Shown one piece after another: positions 10,361 through 19,376 of a DNA stretch of 64,000 bases. The translations under genes and the position numbers were made by a program. Origin of the DNA: a virus (Duplodnaviria; Caudoviricetes). The stretch lies in the IMG/VR virus record IMGVR_UViG_3300031953_000001; one strand, written 5' to 3'. The notes beneath the pieces were generated by a model. It had not been told where the DNA came from, searched no databases, and saw nothing but the letters and a program-made list of their open reading frames with translations. Numbering within the stretch: the stretch's first letter is position 1; each line of letters begins with the position of its first letter.

Positions 10361-10767
10361 TCGTGGCGGGTTCACGGACGGTGAAGGATTATCTTTACGT
10401 TCGTGATCGCCTCTTAACGTTTGTGCGAGATCATCCGGATTGTGAGATTGTGTGGGTGAGCGGTATGGCCGCCGAAGGTCCCGATGACATGGCGTATCAC
10501 TTCGCGCGCTGGGACATGCCCGGTCAGTGGGTTGAGATGGCCGCGGATTGGGATTCTTACGGCAAAAGCGCAGGCTACATCCGCAACGCCGAAATGGCTA
10601 AGTTGGCCGATGAACTGCTGTTGTTCTGGGACGGGCGCTCTAACGGCTCCCGCCACATGCGTGAGACCATGAACAAACAAGGTAAGCCGGTTACCACTCA
10701 CGTGCTGGACGTAACCACGTCTGAAGGCGACTTTGAGATCTTCGACTTTAGGACCATTGCCCTGTAA
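10336..10767 (+). CDS. SLOG superfamily protein (DUF2493/YspA-like)
   Basis: RVIVAGSR, SGMAAEGPD, W..YGKSAGYIRNAEM, LLLFWDGRSNGSRHM. Confidence 0.8.
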   Translation: MARTLLRVIVAGSRTVKDYLYVRDRLLTFVRDHPDCEIVWVSGMAAEGPDDMAYHFARWDMPGQWVEMAADWDSYGKSAGYIRNAEMAKLADELLLFWDGRSNGSRHMRETMNKQGKPVTTHVLDVTTSEGDFEIFDFRTIAL

Positions 10768-10879
10768 CTGTCCGAGTTCGCTCGGGTGGTTGCAGGGCCT
10801 TATGGCGTCTGTGATGATCGTTATCCTATGTCAGTTTCCATGCACACACGCCACGGCCAGCGACCTAGGGTAAAGTTAT

Positions 10880-11959
10880 ATGAGCACTATATCAGATCTT
10901 AATATCAAACGCGATGAGTTGAACGCAGCCATCAACGACTACAAGCAAGCGGTCGGCGACTTTGCCGCCAGCACCATCACACAGCAAGCCTTGAATGATG
11001 CTAAAGCGTTGGCTATTTTAACGGGTGATGAGTATGCTAAGCTGATCTCTCAAGTCAAGCAAGACGATCCCAACGTGACCAACGACGATCAGCTGTTCAG
11101 TCGTCCGTCGGCGATGAACGCCCTGGTAAGAGACGACGTGGCGGTCATCCTGACCACCGGGTCATTCTTTGGGTCTGGCCTGAAGCTTTTAATCGACACC
11201 GAAGCCACCACCGTCGGGGCCACCAACGTTGTCCTGCCTTTCGCCGTAGGCAGTGATGTCACCATCGAGTGGGGAGACGCAACCGCGCGTCAGTCGTTCA
11301 CAGGCGCCGCCAGCCACAACTACGCCACGCCTGGGCAGTATGAAATTCAGATCATCGGTACGGTGAATGGGTTTACCGCCCCAGCAGTGATCGATCGTCG
11401 TACCATCAAAGATGTTCTACAGTGGGGAAATGTTGAGTTTCAGTCCACAGAGCTTATGTTCCGCGACCGTACGGGCTTTGTGATCTCAGCTTCGGATTTC
11501 CCACGCTTCCTACCCGGCGCCTTCATGCGAGCGATGTTTGAGAACGCCAGTGACTTCAATAGCAACATCGAACACTGGGACACGAGTAACGTAGTGGACA
11601 TGATGAGGGTATTTAAAGGAAATACCGTGTTCAACCAACCGTTGAATGCATGGGAGGTGGGTAACGTTATTAACATGGATGAAATGTTTCGGCTGGCTCT
11701 CGCGTTCAATCAAAACATCAACGACTGGGACGTCGGTAAGGTTGAGCGGATGAGACTGATGTTTATGGACACGGATTCCTACAGTCAAGGCATGTCCCGT
11801 TGGAACACAGAATCGGCCGTTGAGATGACCGGCATGTTCCGTAACGCGGGTGTGTTTAACGAGAATCTGTCTTCGTGGAATGTGAGTAACGTCCTTTACT
11901 ACACTCAGTTCAGCGATGGTACTCCTATGTTTACATCGAATTTACCTAACTTCCAATAA
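10880..11959 (+). CDS. DUF285/BspA-type repeat protein, paralog B (5 repeats)
   Basis: Same N-terminal module (GDEYAKLISQVKQDDP.VTNDDQLFS), PKD-like domain and repeats; TATG at 10827-10830. Confidence 0.85.
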   Translation: MSTISDLNIKRDELNAAINDYKQAVGDFAASTITQQALNDAKALAILTGDEYAKLISQVKQDDPNVTNDDQLFSRPSAMNALVRDDVAVILTTGSFFGSGLKLLIDTEATTVGATNVVLPFAVGSDVTIEWGDATARQSFTGAASHNYATPGQYEIQIIGTVNGFTAPAVIDRRTIKDVLQWGNVEFQSTELMFRDRTGFVISASDFPRFLPGAFMRAMFENASDFNSNIEHWDTSNVVDMMRVFKGNTVFNQPLNAWEVGNVINMDEMFRLALAFNQNINDWDVGKVERMRLMFMDTDSYSQGMSRWNTESAVEMTGMFRNAGVFNENLSSWNVSNVLYYTQFSDGTPMFTSNLPNFQ

Positions 11960-11960
11960 C

Positions 11961-11998
11961 CGAATAAGAGGAGGCCCAAAGGCCTCCTCTGTTTGTTT
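11961..11998 (+). terminator. intrinsic terminator
   Basis: agaggaggcc-caaa-ggcctcctct followed by gtttgttt. Confidence 0.8.
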
Positions 11999-12035
11999 CA
12001 TCCATTAAGAATACGCAACTAGGAAATCGATCGTC

Positions 12036-13193
12036 ATGGCGACTTTACAAGACTTAGACTTAAAGCGGGTTGAACTCAACAGCGCGATTAACGATTACAA
12101 GCAAGCGGTGGTGGATTTCAGAAACGCCACAAACACCCAAGGTGACGTAGACGCCGCTAAAGCCTTAGCCGTCACCAAAGGCGATGAGTACGCTAAGCTG
12201 ATCTCTCAAGTCAAGCAAGACGATCCCAACGTGACCAACGATGATCAGCTGTTCAGCCGCCCTGCGGCCATGAACGCCTTGGTGCGGGACGATGTGGCGA
12301 CCATCGTTCGTACCGGACGCCTGTTTGGCGACGGCATGAAGCTTTTAATCGACACCGAAGGCAACGCGGCTAACGCCACCAACGTCATCCTGTCCTTTGC
12401 CACAGGCAGTGCGATTGATGTGGATTGGGGCGATGGCAGCAACATTCAGGCGTTTACAGGTGCAGCCAGCCACAATTACGCCATTCCAGGACAGTACACT
12501 GTCGAGGTTCACGGCACCGTCAACGGTTTCACCTCACCGCTGGTGGAGAGTCGTCAACAACTTAAGGATGTGATGCAGTGGGGTGAGCTGGAATTTGCCA
12601 ATGCGAACCTCATGTTCCGATCTCGCACTGGGTTTGTGATCAGCGCAGCCGATGGTCCGACCTTCTTACCCGGATGTTCGTGCACGACTATGTTTTATGG
12701 GGCATCTGACTTTAACTCAAACATCAATCATTGGGATGTGAGCAACGTTGTCGATATGGCCTCAATGTTCGCCTCAACCGACGCTTTCAATCAACCCTTG
12801 AATTTGTGGAATGTGGGTAACGTTGTCAATATGGCCTCAATGTTCTACTATGCCAGCTTATTCAATCAGCCCTTGAACAGCTGGAACGTGTCGAAAGTAA
12901 CGAATTTCGCATCCATGTTCAGAGACGCCGCGGCCTTTAATCAGCCGTTGAGTCCTTGGGTCGTTTCTTCAGCAGTAGACATGAGGGCCATGTTTATGTA
13001 CGCCAGCGCCTTCAATCAGAATCTGGGCCCCTGGAATGTGAGTAATGTCATCACCCTGTTCCGCATGTTCTACAAAGCCACGGTGTTCAACAAGAACATC
13101 GCCGCTTGGAACGTGAGTAGCGTTACAGATACTAATAGTTACAATGATTTTGCGTATCTATCGAGTTTGGCCGGTAGCAACTCGCCGTTTTAA
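12036..13193 (+). CDS. DUF285/BspA-type repeat protein, paralog C (6 repeats)
   Basis: Same architecture as paralogs A, B and D. Confidence 0.85.
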   Translation: MATLQDLDLKRVELNSAINDYKQAVVDFRNATNTQGDVDAAKALAVTKGDEYAKLISQVKQDDPNVTNDDQLFSRPAAMNALVRDDVATIVRTGRLFGDGMKLLIDTEGNAANATNVILSFATGSAIDVDWGDGSNIQAFTGAASHNYAIPGQYTVEVHGTVNGFTSPLVESRQQLKDVMQWGELEFANANLMFRSRTGFVISAADGPTFLPGCSCTTMFYGASDFNSNINHWDVSNVVDMASMFASTDAFNQPLNLWNVGNVVNMASMFYYASLFNQPLNSWNVSKVTNFASMFRDAAAFNQPLSPWVVSSAVDMRAMFMYASAFNQNLGPWNVSNVITLFRMFYKATVFNKNIAAWNVSSVTDTNSYNDFAYLSSLAGSNSPF

Positions 13194-13220
13194 CGCATAA
13201 CGACGGGACATTCAGCCACG

Positions 13221-13249
13221 AGGGAGACCTTCGGGTCTCCCTTTATTTT
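13221..13249 (+). terminator. intrinsic terminator
   Basis: agggagacc-ttcg-ggtctccct followed by ttatttt. Confidence 0.85.
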
Positions 13250-13298
13250 GCAATCACTATGACCCATAGGGTGAGACTAACCGTTACGGGAGAGCACT

Positions 13299-13967
13299 AT
13301 GAATGCGGCGCGTAAAGAAGCCACCGACTACGCGATTAAATTGCTCAGTAAATTCGCCGGTAAGAACGAATCGGTTGCCGAGATGCAAACGATGTTGGAC
13401 GCTTTAAGCGATGAGCGGTTTGATGCGTACATGCAACAACTGGCCAGTGGGGATGAGGTCTTGTCCTACATAGTGCCGAACCTGGGTACAGTGCGATTGA
13501 GTGTGGATACGAACCTGAAGATTGCGGAAGAACTGAAGCACGAGTTCTTTGAGCGCTTGTGGTTGACCGATCCCGCCACAGGTCAGACCTATCTTACCCC
13601 AGAGAAATATCTGATCATCGATTTGCCGTTGAAACGTTTGGCGCAGCATCTGCACAAGAAGATCTCGATTCCCGAAGACAACACCCACATCGACGAACTG
13701 ACCGGGCAAGCCACAGGCAACTCCAAAGGCAGCGGCTTGTCGTTCCCAGAGTTGCAGATCATGTACTCTCACGGACTAGAGAACGCCATACGTGAGTTGT
13801 TCAAGTTTCGGGGGGGTGATACTGAGGCCTACAAATCGCTAACCCGAGAGATCCTCTCCGGCGGCCTGCCCAGTATGGACGCGGTTGACACGGGTGAAAC
13901 TCGAGCCCGTTCCACAGACGTATTGCAAATTCTGTTGAAGTCCGCGCACCTCGACAACAATCTGTAA
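13299..13967 (+). CDS. virion RNA polymerase beta subunit, C-terminal part (phiKZ gp149 / SPN3US gp218-like)
   Basis: LAQHLHKKISIP..IDELTGQATGNSKGSGLSFPE aligns by eye with RpoB [37 protein letters not shown]. Confidence 0.8.
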   Translation: MNAARKEATDYAIKLLSKFAGKNESVAEMQTMLDALSDERFDAYMQQLASGDEVLSYIVPNLGTVRLSVDTNLKIAEELKHEFFERLWLTDPATGQTYLTPEKYLIIDLPLKRLAQHLHKKISIPEDNTHIDELTGQATGNSKGSGLSFPELQIMYSHGLENAIRELFKFRGGDTEAYKSLTREILSGGLPSMDAVDTGETRARSTDVLQILLKSAHLDNNL

Positions 13968-14002
13968 TACTACAATAACGATAAAGATCTAGGAGCAGTA
14001 CC

Positions 14003-14596
14003 GTGCTTAATATTCCACAAATCAACCACATTAAGACCACCGCTAAAGAACTGTTTGTGCAGTCCTACCTGACCCCCATTCATCTTCGCAGTAGCTCTGA
14101 GATGATGGTCACTAATCCGGAGTTGGTAGAAGCCATCATGTCCGTGGTGGGCGATGCAGGTATGATCTACCTGTCTGTCTGGGAAAACGTCAGTGGGCTT
14201 TGGGCCAAGTTTCGGGAACAGGATGACGCTGGGGTGTGTCAGTGGTTGCTGCAGGCCGCCACGACGTTTCGAATCTTAGCCTTCACCAATGGAAACGAGT
14301 ATCAGAATTGGGTTGAACATCTGGTGTCCAGCTATTGCTCGCACGCAGTAGCGTCGGGTAGCGTAGGACAGTCCAGTCAGAAAGAGCTGGAAGAAGCCGT
14401 GGCCATTGACGATGAGTACGCCGATCGTATTCCTCGGGCAACAGAGTACCGTGCGTTGATGTACGCCAATCCTTGGTTTGTGTACTTGGCGTCGTTGCAG
14501 TTGAGTTACCATGAAATCTATTCTGAAATACTCACCTCCCAGTTCACCGATGACTTGAAGTCACAACTGACCGGTTCACGAGGAGTTCCCCAATGA
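14003..14596 (+). CDS. hypothetical protein
   Basis: GTG start with AGGAG; coupled to the next ORF by an ATGA overlap. Confidence 0.7.
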   Translation: MLNIPQINHIKTTAKELFVQSYLTPIHLRSSSEMMVTNPELVEAIMSVVGDAGMIYLSVWENVSGLWAKFREQDDAGVCQWLLQAATTFRILAFTNGNEYQNWVEHLVSSYCSHAVASGSVGQSSQKELEEAVAIDDEYADRIPRATEYRALMYANPWFVYLASLQLSYHEIYSEILTSQFTDDLKSQLTGSRGVPQ

Positions 14597-14985
14597 CCCA
14601 AGTCCTGACCAACCATTTTGACGCGGTGATCTCTGTGTTGTTGTCCGATCCGTTTAACGATTGGGAGCAGTGGCGTGCGGTGGAAACGGGGAGAGACTCG
14701 TTATGTGTCAACCCCCGTGACTTGCACGACAGTCTGGATGAGTTCCGAGGGAAGTTTGACGTTGCCATCGTCGACCACATGTCATACGTGGGCCATAAGC
14801 TCATGCGCGATGTGAACAAAGGCGATGTGGGTGCCACTAGAGGCTTTCAGAGGTGCTTAACGCGCTGGTGTGAGATGCCCTACTTTACCCGTACACCGGA
14901 ACCGATCACCCACAGTGAATTGAACGCCGTCTTCTTTCGCTATCCGTGGTTCTTTTATCTGTTGTTCACGGACCCTGCGTTATGA
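14593..14985 (+). CDS. hypothetical protein
   Basis: ATGA overlaps at both ends. Confidence 0.65.
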   Translation: MTQVLTNHFDAVISVLLSDPFNDWEQWRAVETGRDSLCVNPRDLHDSLDEFRGKFDVAIVDHMSYVGHKLMRDVNKGDVGATRGFQRCLTRWCEMPYFTRTPEPITHSELNAVFFRYPWFFYLLFTDPAL

Positions 14986-15686
14986 AGCGCCGGTTGTATG
15001 TGGAGTTGGATGGACTGCTGGACACGCGCTTGGCCACGTTGATCCTACTGGATGAGGCCGAAGCTGCCAAAGCGTTGGACTTAGGGTACCGGACCCGATT
15101 GAGCGACGATTGGGTCAAGTTGGGACTTGCGGTGGATCAGGCGACTTACGATGAACGGTATCGACTCCGTGATCGAAAGACGCTTCAAGCCGCGCGTCCC
15201 ACCGGCATTGTACCCATGGTGCATCAGTTGGTAGGGGCCTTGGGAAAGATGGCTGACAACACCCCGTTTGTCGAAGCGGTGACCTTGGACATCAACTTCT
15301 GGCCTTACCAAGTCAGCGAAGCCGAGCGGCAGGAGATTCTAACAGCGGTGAGTTTCTCGGTGGGGGGGACTGTACAGATCGATTCAGTCTACTTCTCTCC
15401 TGGGGAGTTGTCGCCCAAACTCATCGAGCAGTGCTGGGATGGGGTGATCGTGTACGACTTCAACCGCTGGCTGGTGGAGAATGAGGAGAAACTCAAGACC
15501 GATCGCATGCCGTCGGTGGCGTTCATTGCCCCAACGCTCTACGCCAATCGCGAACCCACCGACAAAGAGACTTACGTTGAGGAGATGGGCGAGGTCTCGC
15601 CGTTTGCGGCTTTGGAGGCGGTGTTGGTGGAATACTTGATGTTGCATATGACCGATACCGAGTACTTCAGCTTTGTAAAGGTCTGA
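14982..15686 (+). CDS. conserved phiKZ-like hypothetical protein (HAD-like N-terminus LYVELDGLLDTRL)
   Basis: ATG at 14982 overlaps the upstream stop; followed by a terminator. Confidence 0.7.
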   Translation: MKRRLYVELDGLLDTRLATLILLDEAEAAKALDLGYRTRLSDDWVKLGLAVDQATYDERYRLRDRKTLQAARPTGIVPMVHQLVGALGKMADNTPFVEAVTLDINFWPYQVSEAERQEILTAVSFSVGGTVQIDSVYFSPGELSPKLIEQCWDGVIVYDFNRWLVENEEKLKTDRMPSVAFIAPTLYANREPTDKETYVEEMGEVSPFAALEAVLVEYLMLHMTDTEYFSFVKV

Positions 15687-15723
15687 CGGCATAAGGGGAG
15701 GCCACTGGCCTCCCCGTTATGCT
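15687..15723. terminator. bidirectional terminator
   Basis: cggcataa-ggggaggcc-act-ggcctcccc-gttatgc between convergent genes. Confidence 0.8.
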
Positions 15724-15770
15724 CCCTGCCGTTGCTGTAACAGTTTACATAGGACAGCGATCTTATAGCA

Positions 15771-16235
15771 CTATTTTGATTCCATACGCTCTAGAAATTC
15801 CTTCGAGGTCTCCTGACGCACACCGATGTCGGTTTCCCCATCGCCGACGTTGGTCTCAGGGATCTCACCGAGAGCGGGGGTAGGAATGCGGTCGACTTCT
15901 TCTCCTGGAGTGACGGACAAACCGCGAGGGTTGATCTGAGCCAAACGCTCAACCAACTCTTGCACGGCTTTACCGCTGGCGGTGTTCTCACGATCCACGT
16001 CCAACTTCAGTCGGTTAACGGAGGTCTGATCCATGTCGTGCAAGGCTTGCAGTAATACTTGTCGATCGGCCTTGTCCTCAGGCAGGCCTCTGGTGGTCAT
16101 GGACTTGACCAGATTCTTACGTACCCCTTGAGAATACCGCAACAGACCTTCAGCGCTTAAGTCTTCGTCTGAATCGATTTCATCGCCCGGTGGTTTGTTG
16201 GGGATAAACTCACCCTCGTACTCGTGCTCGCTCAT
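15771..16235 (-). CDS. hypothetical acidic protein
   Basis: 154 aa ORF with GGAGG upstream on the minus strand. Confidence 0.7.
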   Translation of the reverse strand: MSEHEYEGEFIPNKPPGDEIDSDEDLSAEGLLRYSQGVRKNLVKSMTTRGLPEDKADRQVLLQALHDMDQTSVNRLKLDVDRENTASGKAVQELVERLAQINPRGLSVTPGEEVDRIPTPALGEIPETNVGDGETDIGVRQETSKEFLERMESK

Positions 16236-16252
16236 GCGTAACCTCCAAATAG

Positions 16253-16276
16253 TTTCAGGGATATATCATCCAAAGG
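16253..16276 (+). promoter_or_regulatory. putative early (virion RNAP) promoter TTTCA-GGG-ATATATCATCC
   Basis: Motif recurs at 38346, 60233 and 62090; resembles the reported phiKZ early consensus TTTaA...TATATTAC. Confidence 0.7.
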
Positions 16277-16288
16277 TAGCTTCCAGGA

Positions 16289-16852
16289 ATGATCCAATGG
16301 ATTACTCGAATGTTAAAAGATATGTACTATCGTTATCGGTACAATCGTCTGTTGCTGTTCGAAACAAACCCGCAGAGTCGATGTCTGCAGCTGTTAGAAC
16401 GGTATCATCGATTGTGTCGTATAGTCTCATTTAATAAGGTCGCCTACCGACGCCGTATTCGGTATTCGGTCTCCACCAAAACCCGTCACTTAGGAGAGTT
16501 ACTGGATCTCTTAGACACCGTCTTAAAACACGTTGAAGTCCGTTCTATCGATCTGGATACCCTAGCAATTCGGTACGTCGATCGAGAACAGCGTTCGGTA
16601 GACATGTGGTTGGTGAACAAAAACCAAGTCGCCTACGCGGAAGACCAAGCGGTGGTGGAGTTGATCCAACGTACGGACTTACTGATTCAAGGGGTCGGTG
16701 ATTTTAAGAAGAACAAACCGTCGCTGTACACGTACTATAATCAAAACATGCAGTTCGTCTTGTACGACGTCTTAGAAGTACTGGATGCCTTGCTAGCGAT
16801 GCAACTGTCGGTGGATCGAGTCTGTACAATAAAAACCCTGACCGGCCACTGA
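16289..16852 (+). CDS. hypothetical protein
   Basis: 187 aa ORF directly after the early-promoter motif, with AGGA upstream. Confidence 0.7.
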   Translation: MIQWITRMLKDMYYRYRYNRLLLFETNPQSRCLQLLERYHRLCRIVSFNKVAYRRRIRYSVSTKTRHLGELLDLLDTVLKHVEVRSIDLDTLAIRYVDREQRSVDMWLVNKNQVAYAEDQAVVELIQRTDLLIQGVGDFKKNKPSLYTYYNQNMQFVLYDVLEVLDALLAMQLSVDRVCTIKTLTGH

Positions 16853-16873
16853 TTGAACCTTTAGGAGTTGACA

Positions 16874-17566
16874 ATGTCCGAGGAGATTCACAAGATCCTC
16901 TCCCTAGATGATCGCGGAGTACCCGAAGCCCGAGACGCCCCTGCAAAACTGTTTCGAGGTATCTTGTACGACGTGCGAATCGAGCGGATGACTTGGGATC
17001 GATTGATGCGCGATTTCTTAACCAATCCCCGCAGTGGGATTCCCGATAACCCCACCAAACGCTCCAGCGAGCGCAGTAACCTGAACCGCGCCTTGGCCAA
17101 ACCGAACATCACATGGAAGATGTTTCGTAAAGCCATTCAGGTACTTAACCCCAAAAGCGTATCCTACGAATTGGAAATTGTCTGGTCTAAAGACTACATC
17201 TTCCCGAATGAGAAGCCCCATACTCTGAGTTACAGCCCGCAAGCCAAAGAGAACGAGCTGGCGCAGATGTTTCGGATCTTGAACCGAGATCTTGGGATCA
17301 CTCCGCAAATCTGGAAACGGTTGGTGGAGAGGTACTTGGATTCGGTGAGTAACCGGGTTCGTGACAACCCACCGGATCGGTCCACGGTGCGGGGAAATCT
17401 AAGCAAGGCCTTGTTGGCCAAAGACGAGTTTACTTGGTCGACATTCTGTAAGGGCATGCGGATCTTGGGGATTAAAGAGGCCACGTTGACGGTGACTCTG
17501 CATTGGTCTAAGAAAGCCACCCAACACAGACACCACTTCACTACCGGGATTGGAACTAAAGAATGA
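16874..17566 (+). CDS. hypothetical protein with an internal two-fold domain duplication
   Basis: AGGAG before the ATG at 16874; two similar halves (W..L...L....DNP..RS..R.NL..AL....TW..F.K...L). Confidence 0.75.
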   Translation: MSEEIHKILSLDDRGVPEARDAPAKLFRGILYDVRIERMTWDRLMRDFLTNPRSGIPDNPTKRSSERSNLNRALAKPNITWKMFRKAIQVLNPKSVSYELEIVWSKDYIFPNEKPHTLSYSPQAKENELAQMFRILNRDLGITPQIWKRLVERYLDSVSNRVRDNPPDRSTVRGNLSKALLAKDEFTWSTFCKGMRILGIKEATLTVTLHWSKKATQHRHHFTTGIGTKE

Positions 17567-18018
17567 CTAAGATCGATCACACGCAAGATGGGGTCACGCA
17601 TATCTGTGTGGGGCCAAACGGAAAGACAACGCTGGGGCGTCTTCTGTACATCGGGGCACATCGACCGTTCGTTGATCCTCAGTATGGATTCTTTGCCAGT
17701 GTCATTGCGTTTTGGGTCTGGTACGACAGCGGTCGTCACGACTCTTTGCGCGAGATTCATCACGACACTATGATTCGCTCCAGTTTGAGCGGTCTGCCGG
17801 ATATACCCGGTAACCGTCAAGAAGTCATGGGGGTTCTTAACCGCAGCATCAAACAGGACACAACCTTGGCGACCCAACTGGCTCAATCAACTCTGCCCTT
17901 AGTGGCGTATGAGACGATTGAGTACGAGGGACGTCAAGCGCCTGTCAGCTACCCGTTGCCAGATCGCGAGTGGTACGTGCACGTGTTAGAGAAGATACGC
18001 CACGAACTTCAGGCGTAG
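17563..18018 (+). CDS. hypothetical phage protein
   Basis: ATGA overlap with the upstream gene; hairpin follows at 18031-18060. Confidence 0.7.
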   Translation: MTKIDHTQDGVTHICVGPNGKTTLGRLLYIGAHRPFVDPQYGFFASVIAFWVWYDSGRHDSLREIHHDTMIRSSLSGLPDIPGNRQEVMGVLNRSIKQDTTLATQLAQSTLPLVAYETIEYEGRQAPVSYPLPDREWYVHVLEKIRHELQA

Positions 18019-18114
18019 ATGAATTGGCTGTGGGGAGGGCTTCGGCTCTCCCCTATGCCGTCATTTTATGACACGTCCATTATTTTTTCTGAGCGTAAGT
18101 AGCGGGAGAGCATT

Positions 18115-19329
18115 ATGATTAAAGTCACTGGTCGGGGGTCACGCTCGTTGGGGACGGGTAAAAACGTATCCGGTGCGGCCGACACGTTTGTAGAGACAGG
18201 ACCCAAAGACGAATTGACCACGGTGGATGCTTACGCAGGGTCCTTACCCAACGATCGCCCTGTAAGTATAGATAGTGCCTCCACAACGAGCGCTCAAGCC
18301 GTAACCTCCACCGATGGGGGGGATAGCATCAGTGAACGACTCAGTGGCTCTGGAGGCACCTCAGAGCGTGTAACGGCTACTCTCTGGGAAGCCTTATTGT
18401 GCGGCTCACTCAGTCCCAACGCCGAATCCGATGGTAACCGTCGAGCTCGGATGAATCGTCTGGCGCTGTGGATGCGATCCACGGGATGTGGGGCTGAGAA
18501 TCTGATTGGATTGTTGGCCGTAGAAGGAGGTCGTGCGGGCATCAATCGTGAGGAGTTGCAACGGCGCTTAGATGCAGCTTTGGACAACTCGATCGCGGTG
18601 TTGGATGAGGAAGAACGCGACAACCTGATCAACCTGCTGGCTGAAACCACCGGTTCTGATCCTGGGGTGATTCGAGCGTCTATGAACGCCGGGGCTGAGT
18701 ACAGTGAATTGCCGGTGTCGGAGCGAGAAGAAACCGAGCGCTTCTCTGAGCTGTTAGGGCAATACGCGGGGGTGAACGACGCCGTTCAGATCTTAGACTT
18801 GCATGCCGAGGCGGCCATTTTGGATTCGTTGGTCAGTAAGGCCATCGCCTTAGGTTTGCCTCAAGCGTACGATTCCATTTTAGACCAGATACAAGATGAC
18901 ACCCTAAAAACACGGGTAGCGTTAAGATCGTTGCGTCAAGCGGCTTTGATGAGTAATCTGGAGACCGTGCAAAAGACGGTGGACCGCACTGGGCGCTCTC
19001 AAGCCTTGGCCGAGGTACCGGATTTGATCTCGTTGATTTTGCAGTTCTACAACTGGGGCGCCCGCACTACCGCGGGACAATACCCAGAAAAGCGTACCCA
19101 ACTGCTGGAGACCTTGGCGGCGGTCGATCCCAATTGGGCCAAACACCAACGACGTGGTGTGTGGGTGGACAATCTAGAACCCTTTACCAACGCATCGCAT
19201 CAGGCCTTGACTTTGTTAAAAGATTCCCCATACGCGGTACAGGCTATGATCGCCCAACCGTTTGTGGAGATAGACTACCGCAGTGTAGCACGCAAGTACC
19301 ATCCCTGGGCTTTAGACTTTACCGCCTAG
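18115..19329 (+). CDS. putative virion structural protein
   Basis: 404 aa ORF with TATG at 18067-18070; convergent with the gp182 homolog as in SPN3US-like gene order (recall). Confidence 0.65.
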   Translation: MIKVTGRGSRSLGTGKNVSGAADTFVETGPKDELTTVDAYAGSLPNDRPVSIDSASTTSAQAVTSTDGGDSISERLSGSGGTSERVTATLWEALLCGSLSPNAESDGNRRARMNRLALWMRSTGCGAENLIGLLAVEGGRAGINREELQRRLDAALDNSIAVLDEEERDNLINLLAETTGSDPGVIRASMNAGAEYSELPVSEREETERFSELLGQYAGVNDAVQILDLHAEAAILDSLVSKAIALGLPQAYDSILDQIQDDTLKTRVALRSLRQAALMSNLETVQKTVDRTGRSQALAEVPDLISLILQFYNWGARTTAGQYPEKRTQLLETLAAVDPNWAKHQRRGVWVDNLEPFTNASHQALTLLKDSPYAVQAMIAQPFVEIDYRSVARKYHPWALDFTA

Positions 19330-19330
19330 A

Positions 19331-19372
19331 CGGCATAGGAGGAGGGCTCTTGCCCCCCTCCTGTTTTTTTTT
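19331..19372 (+). terminator. intrinsic terminator
   Basis: cggcata-ggaggaggg-ctcttg-ccccctcc-tg then a long T run. Confidence 0.8.
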
Positions 19373-19376
19373 TGTT

